DNA of 64,000 bases from Lama glama. Lineage: Eukaryota. The DNA lies in contig CM052817.1 in the NCBI GenBank assembly GCA_028534125.1, positions 94,552,001 through 94,616,000 on the forward strand. The letters run 5' to 3'. The notes below the pieces were generated by a model that was not told where the DNA came from, ran no database searches, and saw only the letters and a program-made list of their open reading frames with translations. The stretch's first letter is position 1. The number at the start of each line of letters is the position of its first letter. The position numbers and the translations under genes were made by a program. Below are positions 50,965 to 64,000 of the stretch, one piece after another.

Positions 50965-52382
50965 AGTTTATTCTTTTGATACATTCTTGTAAGTTTGTGG
51001 AGCTGGTAAAATTGTGGGGATAGGAGGAGTGGGGTGCTGCCATTTCTTACAGAACACCAGTAGAGGAGGTCAGAGGGGAGTTTACCTAGAGTTTATCCTC
51101 TGCAGACTGTTTTTGGCCATTGATCCCTTAGCTCCTGGGATTCTGTTTATTCTGCAGTTTTCTCTAAATGAAGCAACGAGAGAAGTAAAAGCTGATGACC
51201 AGCCTCATGTCTGCATCTAATGTCCATTGGACAAGTGAGTTAGTTACTCTGTATCCTCTTTCGTACCCTTAATCACAGGCCCTGTCTCATCGCAACATAT
51301 TAGACAAAATACATTCTTTCTTCCCTTGAATCTCTGCTTAGTGTCCAATTTACATTAATCTAACCTTCATAAACCTGATCTATGACTGTGGCCCTACCCT
51401 AGGCCATAGGAAAAGGAAACAGAAGTATAGTAACAAAGTAGACTATTCAGGAGAAGTCAAAGGGACCAAAGTTTTAAAGAGAGAACAGACAAAAAATGAG
51501 TCCATAATTAAGGATAGGAAAGAAGGATCAAGATGAGAAGTTCACCTTTCTAATTGGAATATGATGCAGAGATGAGGGTGATGATCTGTCCTGAGAGACT
51601 GAGTGAAAGAACTTTATGACGGATCTGATAGACACACCTGAAAGAAAGAAAAAAGGTTGTTTAGAATTTCCGAACAAGCAGCGCACGTTCATTACTCTTG
51701 GCAAAGTTGAGTTGCTGGCCAGAGATATCACTCCAACTTCATGTGAGAACAGGGTGAGTGCACGGAAAAGGTTCACGTCTCATGGTACCATTTTGGTGGA
51801 CCAGGCCACGCTCTCACTGCTGGAAATTTAGCAAGGCAACTGTCGCTGCACCATGAGAGGCCGAAACCTGCAGCTTCCATTCTGCAAAAGCAGTCAGAGA
51901 GAGCAACAGGAATGAGAACTCCCAAGACTTAGGCTTTGGTCAAAGTGGGTAGATGTTAAAATAAATGTTGATCTTTGGGGTTAAAGGGAAACTCGGGAGC
52001 TTACTATACAAAACCAGGAAGAGTCCTTGAAGCTTTTAACCTTTTTTCCTGAGTCTAGAAGTCACACATATGAGGCTTTAAGTTTATTCTAAACTCTTCA
52101 GTCTGTGATGGACAATAATGTGGTTTCTGTTTTTGCTTGCTAGATTGCCTGTCTGTGTTTATTTGTGGGTTGCAGCTAACTGATCACACACCATATCTGT
52201 TCCATTGCGGTAGACCAGCACTATTTGCTTTGTTATTTTCCTGGAGGTTGTTTGTAAAGTGTTTCCAGACGTCAAACAAATGCGCTAGTCCAAGCACTCT
52301 TGTTTTCTAAGCATTGAGTGCACCTCCTCCCATGACTTGGGTTGAAACTCAGATCTGTTGATTTAGGTGGCTGAAGTATTTA

Positions 52383-52454
52383 GATGGAAGATGGATGGAT
52401 GGATGGATGGATGGATGGATTAAAATAGGTAGATACATACATACATACATACAT
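52383..52454. repeat. Compound (GGAT)n / (TACA)n microsatellite
   Basis: Directly visible. Confidence 0.95.
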
Positions 52455-53367
52455 TTGTATCGATGATCTTATTTTTTAAATAATTTATTTATGAAGTCTT
52501 GAGAACCAATTCCAGGGTTGTATATTAGAATAGAGTGGAGAAAAAGGCTAACAAGAGCAAAAGAACATAAAAGGGAGAGAGAGGCAGAGACCAAGAAACA
52601 GAGTGAAAGTCAGTTCATGTGGGTGACTATAACCTCTGGCAAGAGATCAGACAAACAAGTTCAACCCAAAGTCAATTTAACTTTATTGGACCACACTGTC
52701 TCAGGCAATTAGAAAAATATTTGTAAAACATCAGATGAGAAAAAGGAACGTGGAGCCCAATAATGCAAAACAATGTTTATAAGACAAAAATCATGAAGTG
52801 GGAAGAGTAAACACAATTATTCTATCAGCACCTCCTGTTCTTCTAAAGATTACTTTAACTTACATGGAGAGAACGCCTCCGAACAAACAGCCAGAATAGT
52901 TTCTAGCAAGCTCCTGCCCCCAAAGTAGTGAGTTTTAAGACCCAACCCCCACCAAAACAAAAAACCCTGAGGAGTTCTCAATTTTGAGAAACGGGAAATA
53001 ATTACATCTTAGATTATTGTTAAACCCGCTGATAACACCAAGCCAAAACTAAAAGTAAAAATGGTCTCTCTAGTTCCTGTTCATCCTTGCATTTTACTTT
53101 AAGTGAGAAACGAATTGACAACACACACAAGTGAGAGTCCCAAAGCTGAGACTGTGATTATAAGCTTATTTGGAGAGATTGCACGCAGAGGCTCTTTATC
53201 CAAATGAGCTTTCAAGGTTCTTCATAGTTCATGTCAACTTAGCTCACCTCCATGTGGTATTGAAGAGTTTAGCTTGTTTTACTGAGTCTTACAAATTGCA
53301 GCAGCTGAGTATCTCATGAAGCTAGAAAACATGACGTAATGTAATTTTTGCCATCGTCTGACACCCA

Positions 53368-53395
53368 ACACACACACACACACACACACACACAC
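53368..53395. repeat. (CA)n microsatellite
   Basis: About 14 CA units. Confidence 0.97.
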
Positions 53396-54091
53396 TTCGT
53401 GGTCTGCTCCTAACGCACGTTCAGTAAATTGTATTTCTGCATATCTTCCATCTCCAAATTCCACCTTTCCACCAGGCCCACTCTCCTGCCAGAACTGTCC
53501 TTGTTATTACGGCTCCTTTAGCCTTATTTAATCCCTTCTAATCACCAAATCTCTTCCCGCTACTGAAAAAAATTTGTTCATATAGCTTTCTACTCAGATC
53601 ACAAAAATACAGTATCTGTGTGAAAACAAAATGATGTTGATGGTGTGGTCTTCCACGTCAAGCCTCAGATCAGTTCTGCTCCTCTGGGACAGCCATATGC
53701 GTCACAATCCACGCCAGGTATTCTCTTTGTTTAAAAAAGATACTATTATGAACTGCACATCTAGATAGATTCCTTATATTGTGATTCTTAGAGAAATATT
53801 AGGTAATAAATATTCAGATTTTGAAGATTTCTAATACTAATTATGTTCTTGAGTCTGTGAGACTTCATTTGGAATCATCATTTGCTCTTTGAAATCCAAT
53901 GAGCTTCGTGACTTTTTGAAAATGTTTTTAAAGGAGAGAGAACCATTCTGTATGTGTTTACTATAACCATGTGTAACAATTAGTAAGAAAATGTAGAGAC
54001 TAACAGGAGAAATGGCTACATGCCTATAGGGAGAGAATACTGGAAATACAGAAATATCAACGATAGATGAGAAGTTGACATCCGTAAATCT

Positions 54092-54152
54092 GTGTGTGTG
54101 TATGTGTGTGTGTGTGTTTATCCATGAGTGTGTTTGTGTGTGTGTGAGTGTG
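54092..54152. repeat. Interrupted (TG)n microsatellite
   Basis: Directly visible. Confidence 0.9.
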
Positions 54153-56292
54153 TTCTCTTCTGTATCATTCTGCTTTAACTGGTTTTAGAATTCAAGGTAT
54201 TTATTATGCCCCTCAGCCAAAACAGTGGAAGAAGGAAGCTTCCATGGGCATCTGGTCACTTTGTAAGTACTATTATTGAATCAGTGTTCTTGGAAGAGAC
54301 TGATGTGGTGAAACATTTCTGTTAATTTCCCCTGAAGAATGTCACATTGGGTAGTGTTCTGTGGGTGGTCATGTAATGAGACACTGGTGTCTGTCTATGA
54401 CACATACTGTATATGAAAGGAGGCATAGATAAAGGTGACTTGAATTCCATCCCTCTCTGTTTATATGATGCTTATCACCATGCTATCTAGACACCCGGAC
54501 TAGAAGCTTTACAACAAGTAAAATTTCCTCCTCTATTCAATTGAAATCAACAGACAATGGGTCGGGGCTGGCTCTGGAAGGGTTAACAGGCACACATGCT
54601 TCTGGGTAGTCAGAGACGAAAATGGATTGACCCAAGTGGCAACAATTTCCCCATTTCCAATAATGTAAGCAACTGCTTCAGTGGAATACCACTGGAAATG
54701 AATGTTCTATATTATAAACATATTCTAAGTGCATTTGCAGGCATCTAGCTATTTAAACTCTTTTTACCTAAACCAGTGACTTTTGTAAAAATACAGCTAT
54801 TCACAGTCCTAGTTTATTTTGAGGAGTAATAGCATGGAAAATTTCAAAGGAAAATATTTAGCTATTTTTTTCTGTAGGAGAGAGCAAGTGTTATAGTGAT
54901 TCTGTGTGTGGATGTGTTGTGTGTATGTATACATATACATATATTATATATATTACTTTTAATTAAAAAGCTTTAAAAGTACATATTCCTTTTTTCATAT
55001 ATAAATAAATGTAACTTTTAATAAGATTGGCCCCAAGATATTTCCTATTCCCTGTCCCATGATGGAATTGACACAATAAAGCATGTTGTTGATTAAGACC
55101 AAATATCACTAAGTTCAACTGGACTTTTTACAAAGTCAAATTATAACAATAATGAGTCTCTTAGAACATCTGTATTTTCTTTTGGAGAGTCTTTCACTTC
55201 CTTCCTCTTTCTAGCCTCTAACTTCCTTTGTTTTCTTTGAGTCTTGAACTGTAACCGGGCCATTCTGGAACATAGATTTATTCATCTTGACCTCAGCTGT
55301 GATTAATCCACCCGAGACAAAGATCAACTTCTGGCAAACACTGGTTCCCTCTCCCTGGTATCAATAATGCAAATTCACCTACTTGTTTGCAGTATCTGCT
55401 GTAGGTGTGGTTGAAAAGAAAATCCAGGGAACAAAGATGTAAGAATTATCTGTGACTCATTTAACAGACAGGTGTTGGGGCCCATTTTTATGTACAGGCC
55501 ACTAGGTAGGAAGTACTTTTAATTAATTCGAATACTAATTCTACTGTATTGAAACTTGGAAAGGCAAATGAGGTTTAAGAAGATGATGAATGGCTTACAG
55601 TCCACAGTTGTAAATCCTATTCCTGCTCCTCCACCATATGGTATAGAAGCAAAATTATAATTCTCTTTGGGTGGGAGGAGGTACTAGGGTAGATTAATCA
55701 AATATGCTGGCAGCTAGGATGAATGAAACCTTAGTTAATACCAAAAAAACCTCATTGGAACCATTAGCTCTGACCTCTTTATCAAAACTTTTACCCAGGC
55801 TGCTAACAATTAACAAAATTGATGAATCTGAGCTTCAGCCTTTTCCCTTTCTTCTACCGGTCATTTGTCAATCAGTAGCATTTATGGAGAATTCACTGTA
55901 TACAGAATATTGTGCAGACTTGCAGCCTCCAAGCCCAGTGAAGGAAAAACTACTTAAAGGAGTATTACTAGCTTTCTTGAGACAAAGCTGTCACTTTTGC
56001 AAATAAGTTAGTTCATTGGTTAAGAAACGGGTTTCTTTTTACAATAGGCTTTCTTAGAGTCTCTAATATTCTAACACATTGTTAGTCTAAAAGAGGAGGA
56101 TTTACTGTTCACCTCTTCTCTTTGTTTTTTGTTATTCAAACACCAATTAATATTTCCTGGAAATAGTGTTCTGCAAATCTCAATAAATGGGAGCTGTGGT
56201 CATTGCTTCCAGAAAAGGAGGTTAACACCTCTATTGTAGGGGTGATTACAGAACCAACATTTGTAGAGTAAAAAACATCAGAGATCACTTAA

Positions 56293-56464
56293 CCCAGTGG
56301 TATCGAAGCCAAGTGACCATTAAGTCTCTTGGAAGCCATTAAAAAATACAAATTCTCAAAAATCTGGCCCTCCCCCAAACTTTCTTAGAATTTGGGTGGA
56401 GAGAATCAAAATGCTCAAGATTCTACGTTGATTCTGATCATGAGCCAGATGGGAAAAACACTGT
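56293..56464. mobile_element. MER5-like hAT DNA transposon
   Basis: cccagtgg...aaaaatacaaattc...gttgattctgat...gggaaaaacactg with inverted cagtg/cactg ends. Confidence 0.6.
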
Positions 56465-57039
56465 CCAGGCCAAACCAATCAATGCCCAAGCAAGGTGACA
56501 TCCTTTCAAAGAATCCCTAAGCCTCACTGCCCAGGCATCACTATTCAATAACAAATGACTGTTGCTCTGTCCTCTTCCCTGTGTCACAGAAGAGCTCTGG
56601 ACCCACAGCCCAGCAATAGTAACACCAACAGTGATGCAAACGGTGCTACACCGTCAAGGACCTTCCCAGCATTTTGCACCGGAAAATACGGATAACACGG
56701 TCACTGGGTCAAGGTAACTGATGTTGAAGATACAGACAAAAATTCACGAGACATATTGGAACCATGATGGTTTTTGAAGTTAAGAAGAGGCAGAAGCTAG
56801 GAATAAGCAGTTATGAGAGGAGAAAAAAAAAAACAGTAAACAAAATATATGGAGAGACTAAACATCCCAGTGTTCCTAAAACAGTGGTATAGACACCATC
56901 TGATACCAAATCAGATAACACTGGTGATATACTTGTGGGAGGCACCTACGCCTGCCTTGCTTTCATTTATGGTCTGCAGAGACTCACGTCTCTGAAGTTC
57001 GTTCAAAGGAGACGTATTGGGAGGGGGGCATCTCTCTGA

Positions 57040-57180
57040 CAGTGCTTCTCAGCTTTGGCTACACATTAGAATCACTTGGGGGCTTTTTAATACTGACATC
57101 CAAACCTCACAACAAAACAATTAATCTCTGGAGGTACTTTTCAAGCAAAAGTATGTTTTTAATTACCCAGGTGACTCTTC
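57040..57180. mobile_element. MER5-like hAT DNA transposon fragment
   Basis: cagtgcttctcagctttggctacacattagaatcacttggggg...cccaggtgactc. Confidence 0.75.
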
Positions 57181-60100
57181 ATTTAAAGTGGATACAATAA
57201 AAATATGCTTGAGCAGAAGTTTGGAAAAGAGCCTGCAGGTTATGAAAACCACAGTATAGGAATTTGGAGAATCTAAGGTGTTACAATGATTAGAAATCTG
57301 TGTTTTATAAAACATGTATTAAAACTGGAAATGTTTATTGTTTAGTTAAAAATAAGTGCTTTAAACTGATAAATTAACCAAAACACCGGCATGAAGTGCT
57401 ATTTTAAGCGTCTTCCTGAAAAAATACTTTCAAAGTCCATGTTTTCTCTGAAAACAGGTAACAAAATACCTATATTGTACAGGAAAAGAATAACATGCCA
57501 ACCCATTTTTCAAATCGATCTATCTTTTCCAAATCCTTCACATTTATACCTCAAGGAAACTTACACGTTTAGCAAAATTTTCTGTTTTCCCAAAGGACTT
57601 GGAGGAAGTCTTACTTACTGTATCTGACAGCAGAAGCAGCACAGATTAAGTGGGAAAACACCCAGGATGACAGGAAGTATTGTTAGGATAGAAACTTTTG
57701 AAGGATGGGAGTGATAACCACATTTCTGGCTAAAGACATGGAGGATAAATAAGGAGAAAAGCTATTTAGCTGAAGCATCTGTGGTTTTTGTTTCACTTCT
57801 TCCTTTATTAGTCTTTTCTGACCTCATTTACGCCATCTACGATTCTGATTAAGTTTGTAGCATGGCTAATAAAATACAAAAATTAAAAAACCTTTTGAAG
57901 GTCTAACAGTGTTTTTTCAAATCATGGATGTTGCGGCACATTTTCATGTTTGTATCAGTGGAAACACACAAAGATCCAGAAGCATCCTTCTCTTTTTGAG
58001 TTAAGGGTACATTTTGCAGACATTTTTATTCAGGGTCATAAGAACATTAAAAAAATAATAATAAAGGAAAGAAAAGAGAGAACATAAGTTCCCTGTGAGT
58101 CTAGGTCACATGAATTCGGATGATTCCAATTACCTTGCCAGGCTTGGATTTATCTGTCTATACTAAAAAGCCACGTGCTTTTGGAAACCTCCATAATAAC
58201 ATGTCACATGTAATCACAATTACATAATTATACAATATAAAAACGATTACTTAAGTAACATTACCGGTTAACCCTGATAATTACCTGTACATGTATGTGG
58301 GCAAACAGGCAATTTTACTACAGAAGACGGCTCTGTTTGAAAATGTTTTTATGATGAAATTGTGGCAGTTCCGAAAAAAAAAAAAACCCACTCAAAACTA
58401 AAAAGGCACAGCTTTGATTGCTTGGCCTGTGAATAAACTTTCCAGAATGCTTTTCAGATTTGGCACAGAATACTGTTGCAAGCCAAAGAATCAAAGACGA
58501 CTTGCTGAAGAAAATTTGTGTGGGGTTGGTAAATCATCTAGCCAGACTCTTTAGGTTGATTTGAAACTTTAAACAGGAGATATTCTAATTGAGGGTGAAG
58601 TTGAAGAGCTAGATATGTGTATAAGTGAAATCATGCTTGCCCCAACTAATAATAGGGTGATACTAGCCAAATAAGGTCCTCTGGAATCTTTGCCTCCCAG
58701 ATGCTGGAAGTGGGACCAGAACAGAGCCCGGGAGGGCCAGAAACCCAGAGCTGTTCTCTGCGGAGGGAACGTTTCACTCAGACTTAAGCCTAGGCAGCTT
58801 CCTCCACAAATATTTAAATGCTCGTGGTTGTGCTGTAGGTTGTGTGATCCATTAGGTTAGTTTGGTTGAATGAGGTACCTGTTTTTCAAGAACAGAAAGA
58901 AATGTAAGCTCACCACATTAGTGAAAAATAAGTCGAATGGCTTGATGGAAATAGCCTTCACTTAGTCAAAGAGGACTCAAACTGTTGGCTGGGGAGACAC
59001 AGCTGGAGTAATTGAGGTGATTCCACGCATGATTTTCTGGATGCTCTGTCAATGGCTTTAACATCATGGACATTGTCTAGTGTAATTTACAATGGAAGTC
59101 AAACCAAAGGATGATCCATGAATTAAAGCCAAAAATAAAATGTTAATGGTGATTTTACATTATGAAAAGACTCATTTGGTAGAAAGTTTTTAAAACATAT
59201 ATTTTTCCTGCTTTACTTTGCTTTTCGTAAATAATCATCATCTTAAAATCTGGCTCAAAATTTAATTCCATGTGCTTTGCTCTTTGCTCCTACACTTGTT
59301 ACAGAGATGGACTGCTCTACCTGTATCTGTTCCTAGAGATCAATAACACCATATCAAAAAAAAAATTTATTCATAGAGACTGACTTTTTTTCCTTATATA
59401 TATCTTTGTCCCCTGACCTATCACTGTCCTACAAGTTTCTTAGAATTTCTCAGCTAAAAAAATGCCCAATAATCTGTTTCTTTCAATGAGACTATTTCTT
59501 TGTAACGAATGCTGGAAAAGCAAAGATAAGCTAAGTATACTATGAGGTGGATAAATCAAGTTAAACTTGGCTGCAGAGAAGTTTATAAAATTGACATTCA
59601 ACCCCCAAGCCAGCCTTTGAATTACTAAAAAGACACAAATGCAAACATCACGTAGATTGAATTCCCAACACTGAGTGTCAGTTCTCTCCAGCTGTTTAGG
59701 TATGTGGCAAGGAAACGACCCGTGGACAAGAAAAATACACTCGTTGGTTCTGCAGTATGCGCTAAATAATCTGAAGCAGGGGCAGCCACACAAGTTCTAA
59801 CACTTGTGAGCTCACATAGGGAATCCACGGAAAGGGGGTTAAGAAGGCTCAGGGGGATAGACTGGTCTTCAGGGAAGAAGAAAAAAAAAATAAAAGAATG
59901 AGGTTTGAAATTCTCCAGATAGCGCATGAACTCCATATTTCTTTTTTCATCAAGGAACAAAAACCAAATAAAGTCATCTTTGTCTTACTAACAAAAGACT
60001 TGCAACACACAACCGACTGAAAACAAGGGTGCACCCTAAAAAAGACAAAAACCAACAGAAAGTTTACCTGAGACATTAGGATTTCAGAGATACTCAGTTT

Positions 60101-61204
60101 TCCCTTTGCTATTGGAATAGTAATTCCTTTACATTTATTCAAAAGAAAACTGAATGTCTGGTTAAGAGGTATGCAGTTGTAGGTAATTTAGTCATTTTCT
60201 GGGTGGACAGCAAAACTTCTGTGGATGATCTAGTGTTTACTTTTTTCCGATCCTTCAGCTGTGATGGCAACATTTTGGGCCAGGTCTGATTTTGTAAAAT
60301 TGATGTTCAGTAAATGATGGCAGAATTTACGCTCAGCTTAAAAGGGAAATCTGTGTTTAGTAGAAGTCCAGAGAAAAATCAAATTAGATTCACAAAATGC
60401 ATTACACATTCATAATTATCACTTGGCTGTTACACTGCTTTATAGCTTTCAAAGGATGTCACATTGATTATCTTTTTTGGTGTTCAAAAACCTCTGTTAC
60501 ATCAGAGAAGGTGATTATCATCTCTACCTTACAAATGAATTAACAAGTTCAAAGAATCTAACTGGCTGTTCTCTGTTCTCTCAGATTCCTCTTGGGGTCC
60601 AGTGGCCTGTGATTGAGTGTTTGGGGTGTGAACAGAAGGCATGCACCCTCTGTGGCACCGGGTCAGACCTCTGACCTACTTTTGTCATTTGGAGGCCACT
60701 CTGTGATACAGTCCTGTCACCTGGCCTGTATTGTTTGCAGTCTTTGGCCCAAAGCTCATCATGGAGCAGCGTGAGGACCATGGAAGAAATCTGAGCAGAG
60801 ATTGGGTAGTGCTGCTTAGAACCCAGCCAGAGAAATGTAGACACTGTTGAGGCCAGGGGCGTCTGTCTGCAACTCACAATGTGAAATAGAGAAAGATTGT
60901 GAGCAGGTCAGAATGGAAAGCACAATCTGCACGCTACACGAGACATACACCTTGTCCAGCCTAACTTGCGTTCTGCTAAGCTGAAGGTTCTGTTGGACGT
61001 AAGATTTAATTTTTTCGAAATAATTTTTATGACTACCTTTTAATGATTTAGATGGAGGACAGTTTAATTCTCTTGAAATACAACCTCCCCAAGGAACTGT
61101 TTGGTGAGTCCGTTATCTTATAATTGGTTAAGCCATGAACTGTGTTTTGCCTGATAAATTCAAAGCATGGTTTACTTAATAACCATGAAACTGTCTCATC
61201 TCAG

Positions 61205-61510
61205 AAAGGCTGAGAGACTGTTTCTGGAGTCAAAGTGTCTTGTATTAGAATCTCGGACATGCTACTTGCTAAGTGAGTGGTTTTTGGTAAATTACTCATC
61301 TCCTTTTCTTTTGTTTCCTTTTCTGAAAAAATGGGAATGATTAAAAAAGAATGCTTACTTTGTAGTATTTTTCTTTAAATGGAGGTACTGGGCTCAATCC
61401 CAGGACCTCGTACATGCTAAACACAGACTCTTAACACTGAGCTATACCCTCCCCACCAGTAGTATTTTTGTGGGGTCAAACGAAGTAATCCACATAGAGA
61501 ATTTAATGAG
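61205..61510 (+). mobile_element. MIR interrupted by a SINE
   Basis: ctggagtcaaa...tacttgctaagtgagtg...ggtaaattactcatctc...tctgaaaaaatgggaatgat. Confidence 0.7.
61373..61458 (-). mobile_element. Camelid tRNA-derived SINE (Vic-1 type)
   Basis: ggaggtactggg...cccaggacctcgtacatgctaa...ctgagctataccctcccc; TSD gtagtattttt at 61362-61372 and 61459-61469. Confidence 0.9.
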
Positions 61511-61559
61511 TGCATTATAATATGAGCCCTTTTGGGGGAGGATTTTTGGAGACACAAGC

Positions 61560-62940
61560 AAAAATCTATACGGGACAGAATTTAACCACATCCTAATCAC
61601 TATTCCCACAAGAGCTGCAGGCAAACCCAGTTTACTTTCTATCTCTACAAGTGATTTGCCTCTCCTGGACATTTTATGTAAATGTAACCATACAATAAGG
61701 AACCCTGTGCGCCTGGCTCTTTTCACTTTGAGTAATGATTCCAGGGTCATGCACATTGTAGCATGTATTTCATTCTTTTTTATGGCTGAATAATATTCCA
61801 TCATGTGACTATACCACATTTTGTTTAATTAATCATCAGTTGGCGGACATTTGGACTGTTTTTGCTCTTTGGCCATTATGAATAATGCAGCTATGAAAAT
61901 TCACATACAGCTTTTGTGTAAATATATATTCTCATTTCTCTTGTGCATATGCCTATGTGTAGAATTGCAGAGTCATATAGCTCCATTTTTAACTATTTTA
62001 GGAAATGCCAAGCTATTTTTCAAAGTGGTTGCACCATTTTATATTTCTACCTGCAGTGTTTAAGCGTTCCAATTTCTCCACATCCTCACCAACACTTGTT
62101 ATTGTCCTTTTAAAAAAATACTATTCTAGAGAGTGTGAAGTGGTATCTCACTGTGGTTTTGATTTGCATTTCCCTAATGACTAATAGTGCTGAGCATCTA
62201 TTCACGTACTTATTGGCCATTTGTACATCTTCCTTGGAGAAATGTCTATTCAACTCCTTTGCCAATCTGAAAAATTTCAAATAACCCTTTTTATTATTGA
62301 GTTGTAAGGGTTCTTTATGTATTCTATGTACTAGATCCTTATCAGATATATTATTTGGAAATATCTCCTCCCATTGTATGGGTTGTCTCTCAGTTTTCTT
62401 GATAGTATCCTTTGAAGCACAAACATTTTCAATTTTGAAAAAGCCTAATTTATCTATTTTTTAAGTTTTCATAGCTAAGAAACCATTGCCTAATCCACGG
62501 TCACAAAGATTTACACATATATTCTCTTCTAGAAGTTCTACAGTTTTAACTGTTGCATTTAGATATTTGATCCATTTTGAGTTAATTTTTATATATTTTG
62601 TGAGTCTGGGGTCCAACTTCATTCTTTTGCATATGGATATTCAGTTGTCTTATCACCATTTGTTAAAAAGACTATTCTTTCTCCATTAAACTGTCTTACC
62701 AGGTCTAAAATTAATTGACCATAAATGTATGGGTTTATTTCCAAATCTAATCCATTTTGAGTTAAGTCTTAAGTTCATCTTTCTGCATGTGACTATCCAA
62801 ATATCCTAGTGCCATTTATTGAAAAGAGGATTATTCCTTCCCTATTGAAATTGCTTTGGCACCTTTTTTGTAAATCAACTGATTATAAGTGTAAGGGTCT
62901 ATTTCTGGACTCTTAATTCTGTTCCCTTGTCTATCCTTAC
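61560..62940 (-). mobile_element. L1M (L1MB-like) 3' region
   Basis: ORF 61442-61819 begins [17 protein letters not shown] (L1 ORF2 end); continuous antisense ORF2 text to ~62940. Confidence 0.92.
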
Positions 62941-64000
62941 AAGTTGGTTATTTTTTCATTTTCTCCGTAGGCGTGCATGAAAAGGGAACATATTCTGCTC
63001 ACATAGGTAATTCCATGTCACTTTTTCTTCTAAAGAAAGTTAAGTAATTTAAGGCAGAAGTTAAACTAAAAAAAAAGTAAAGTGAAGCACAGGTTAAACG
63101 AAATGATGGTCCACTGGAAGAAGACCCTGGAAATCATAAGAATGGAATTTAAATTTTAACCAAATTTTAATGACAATTCACAGCTGATAGCTTCCCATTT
63201 TTGCTAATGAAAAAGGTTGATAAGAAACACTAAAAAAAAAAAAAATCAAAAGTTCCAGGGAAGGTGTTGGGTAGGAGCTATGTCAATACTGATGGTAGAT
63301 GTGTCATAGGCTACATCCCTGCAATTGATTTTCCTGCCACAAAACACATCTTTATTATTCCCCTGGCATGGACTAAATTAAAGAACAGGGGACAGGAAAG
63401 AATTGTTGCCAGATTCTACATGCAGTCAATGGGAGCCAGTGTCCTGGGAAGGAGGACTCACGGAACATTACCATTCTTGACACAATGCACATGTTGTCCT
63501 CAGGAAGGAGTGCAGAGAAAACACTCAGCAGTCAGAATAGGATCTGCATGTGCTGGCTTGGTTGACGGACAGTAGAGGCTCCTGTACCTGCCTCAGGCAT
63601 TTAGCTGGTCAGCCTGAAGGAATTCGGCCCATGGGAAGAAGGAAGCCTAAAAACACCAAGCTAAAGGAAATGCAGAGGGAGCAATGCCCACGCGCTCCTC
63701 TCAGATCAGATCTGTCCTGATACAGCAGACGTTGGGAGAAACCACTACAGGAAAGATGGGAACTAGACCACATTTGTTTCAGTTTTACCTGAGTCTCCAG
63801 TCATTTTATTTAATAGCACGATACAAGTAGAGAATAAACATACTAGAAAAGGGCACGGAGTTGAAACTCCAGTAGAAACACGTTAGTTCAGTAACAAAAA
63901 AACAATGAGCGAACGAGATTTAGTCTATATGCCGAAGGATAAGACATGACACTCCCCGAAGTGACAGGTCTTAAGAGTCATGTGACCATTTAGTAAACTT

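Noticed and set aside
1..64000. CRISPR array, operon or defence-type system
   Set aside because: The sequence is mammalian, with no regularly spaced repeats or gene-dense coding DNA

Overview
This is 64 kb of AT-rich, repeat-dense mammalian genomic DNA, very probably from a camelid (alpaca, llama or camel): it carries two copies of the tRNA-derived Vic-1-type SINE and young L1 3' ends of one shared subfamily. I cannot recognise any host protein-coding gene, RNA gene, CpG island or prokaryotic-type system. The only ORF-track peptides I can assign are L1 ORF2 remnants; the rest look like chance ORFs. The window reads as intergenic DNA or a large intron, built from L1, L2, MIR, MaLR/ERV LTRs, MER5-like DNA transposons and microsatellites, with a 500-N assembly gap at 47253-47752. 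The best-supported oddities are three L1 insertions with 5' inversions (twin priming; two have readable target-site duplications, TSDs), a diverged ~230-bp local duplication of apparently non-TE sequence, an isolated ~45-bp L1 RT fragment fused to a (TAT)n tract, a 20-bp palindrome with a partial copy, and a consensus CTCF core. There are also several unvalidated exon candidates and TE-poor blocks that may be regulatory. I found no convincing evidence of a new biological system. Repeat family names are by-eye recognition and old-element boundaries are approximate.
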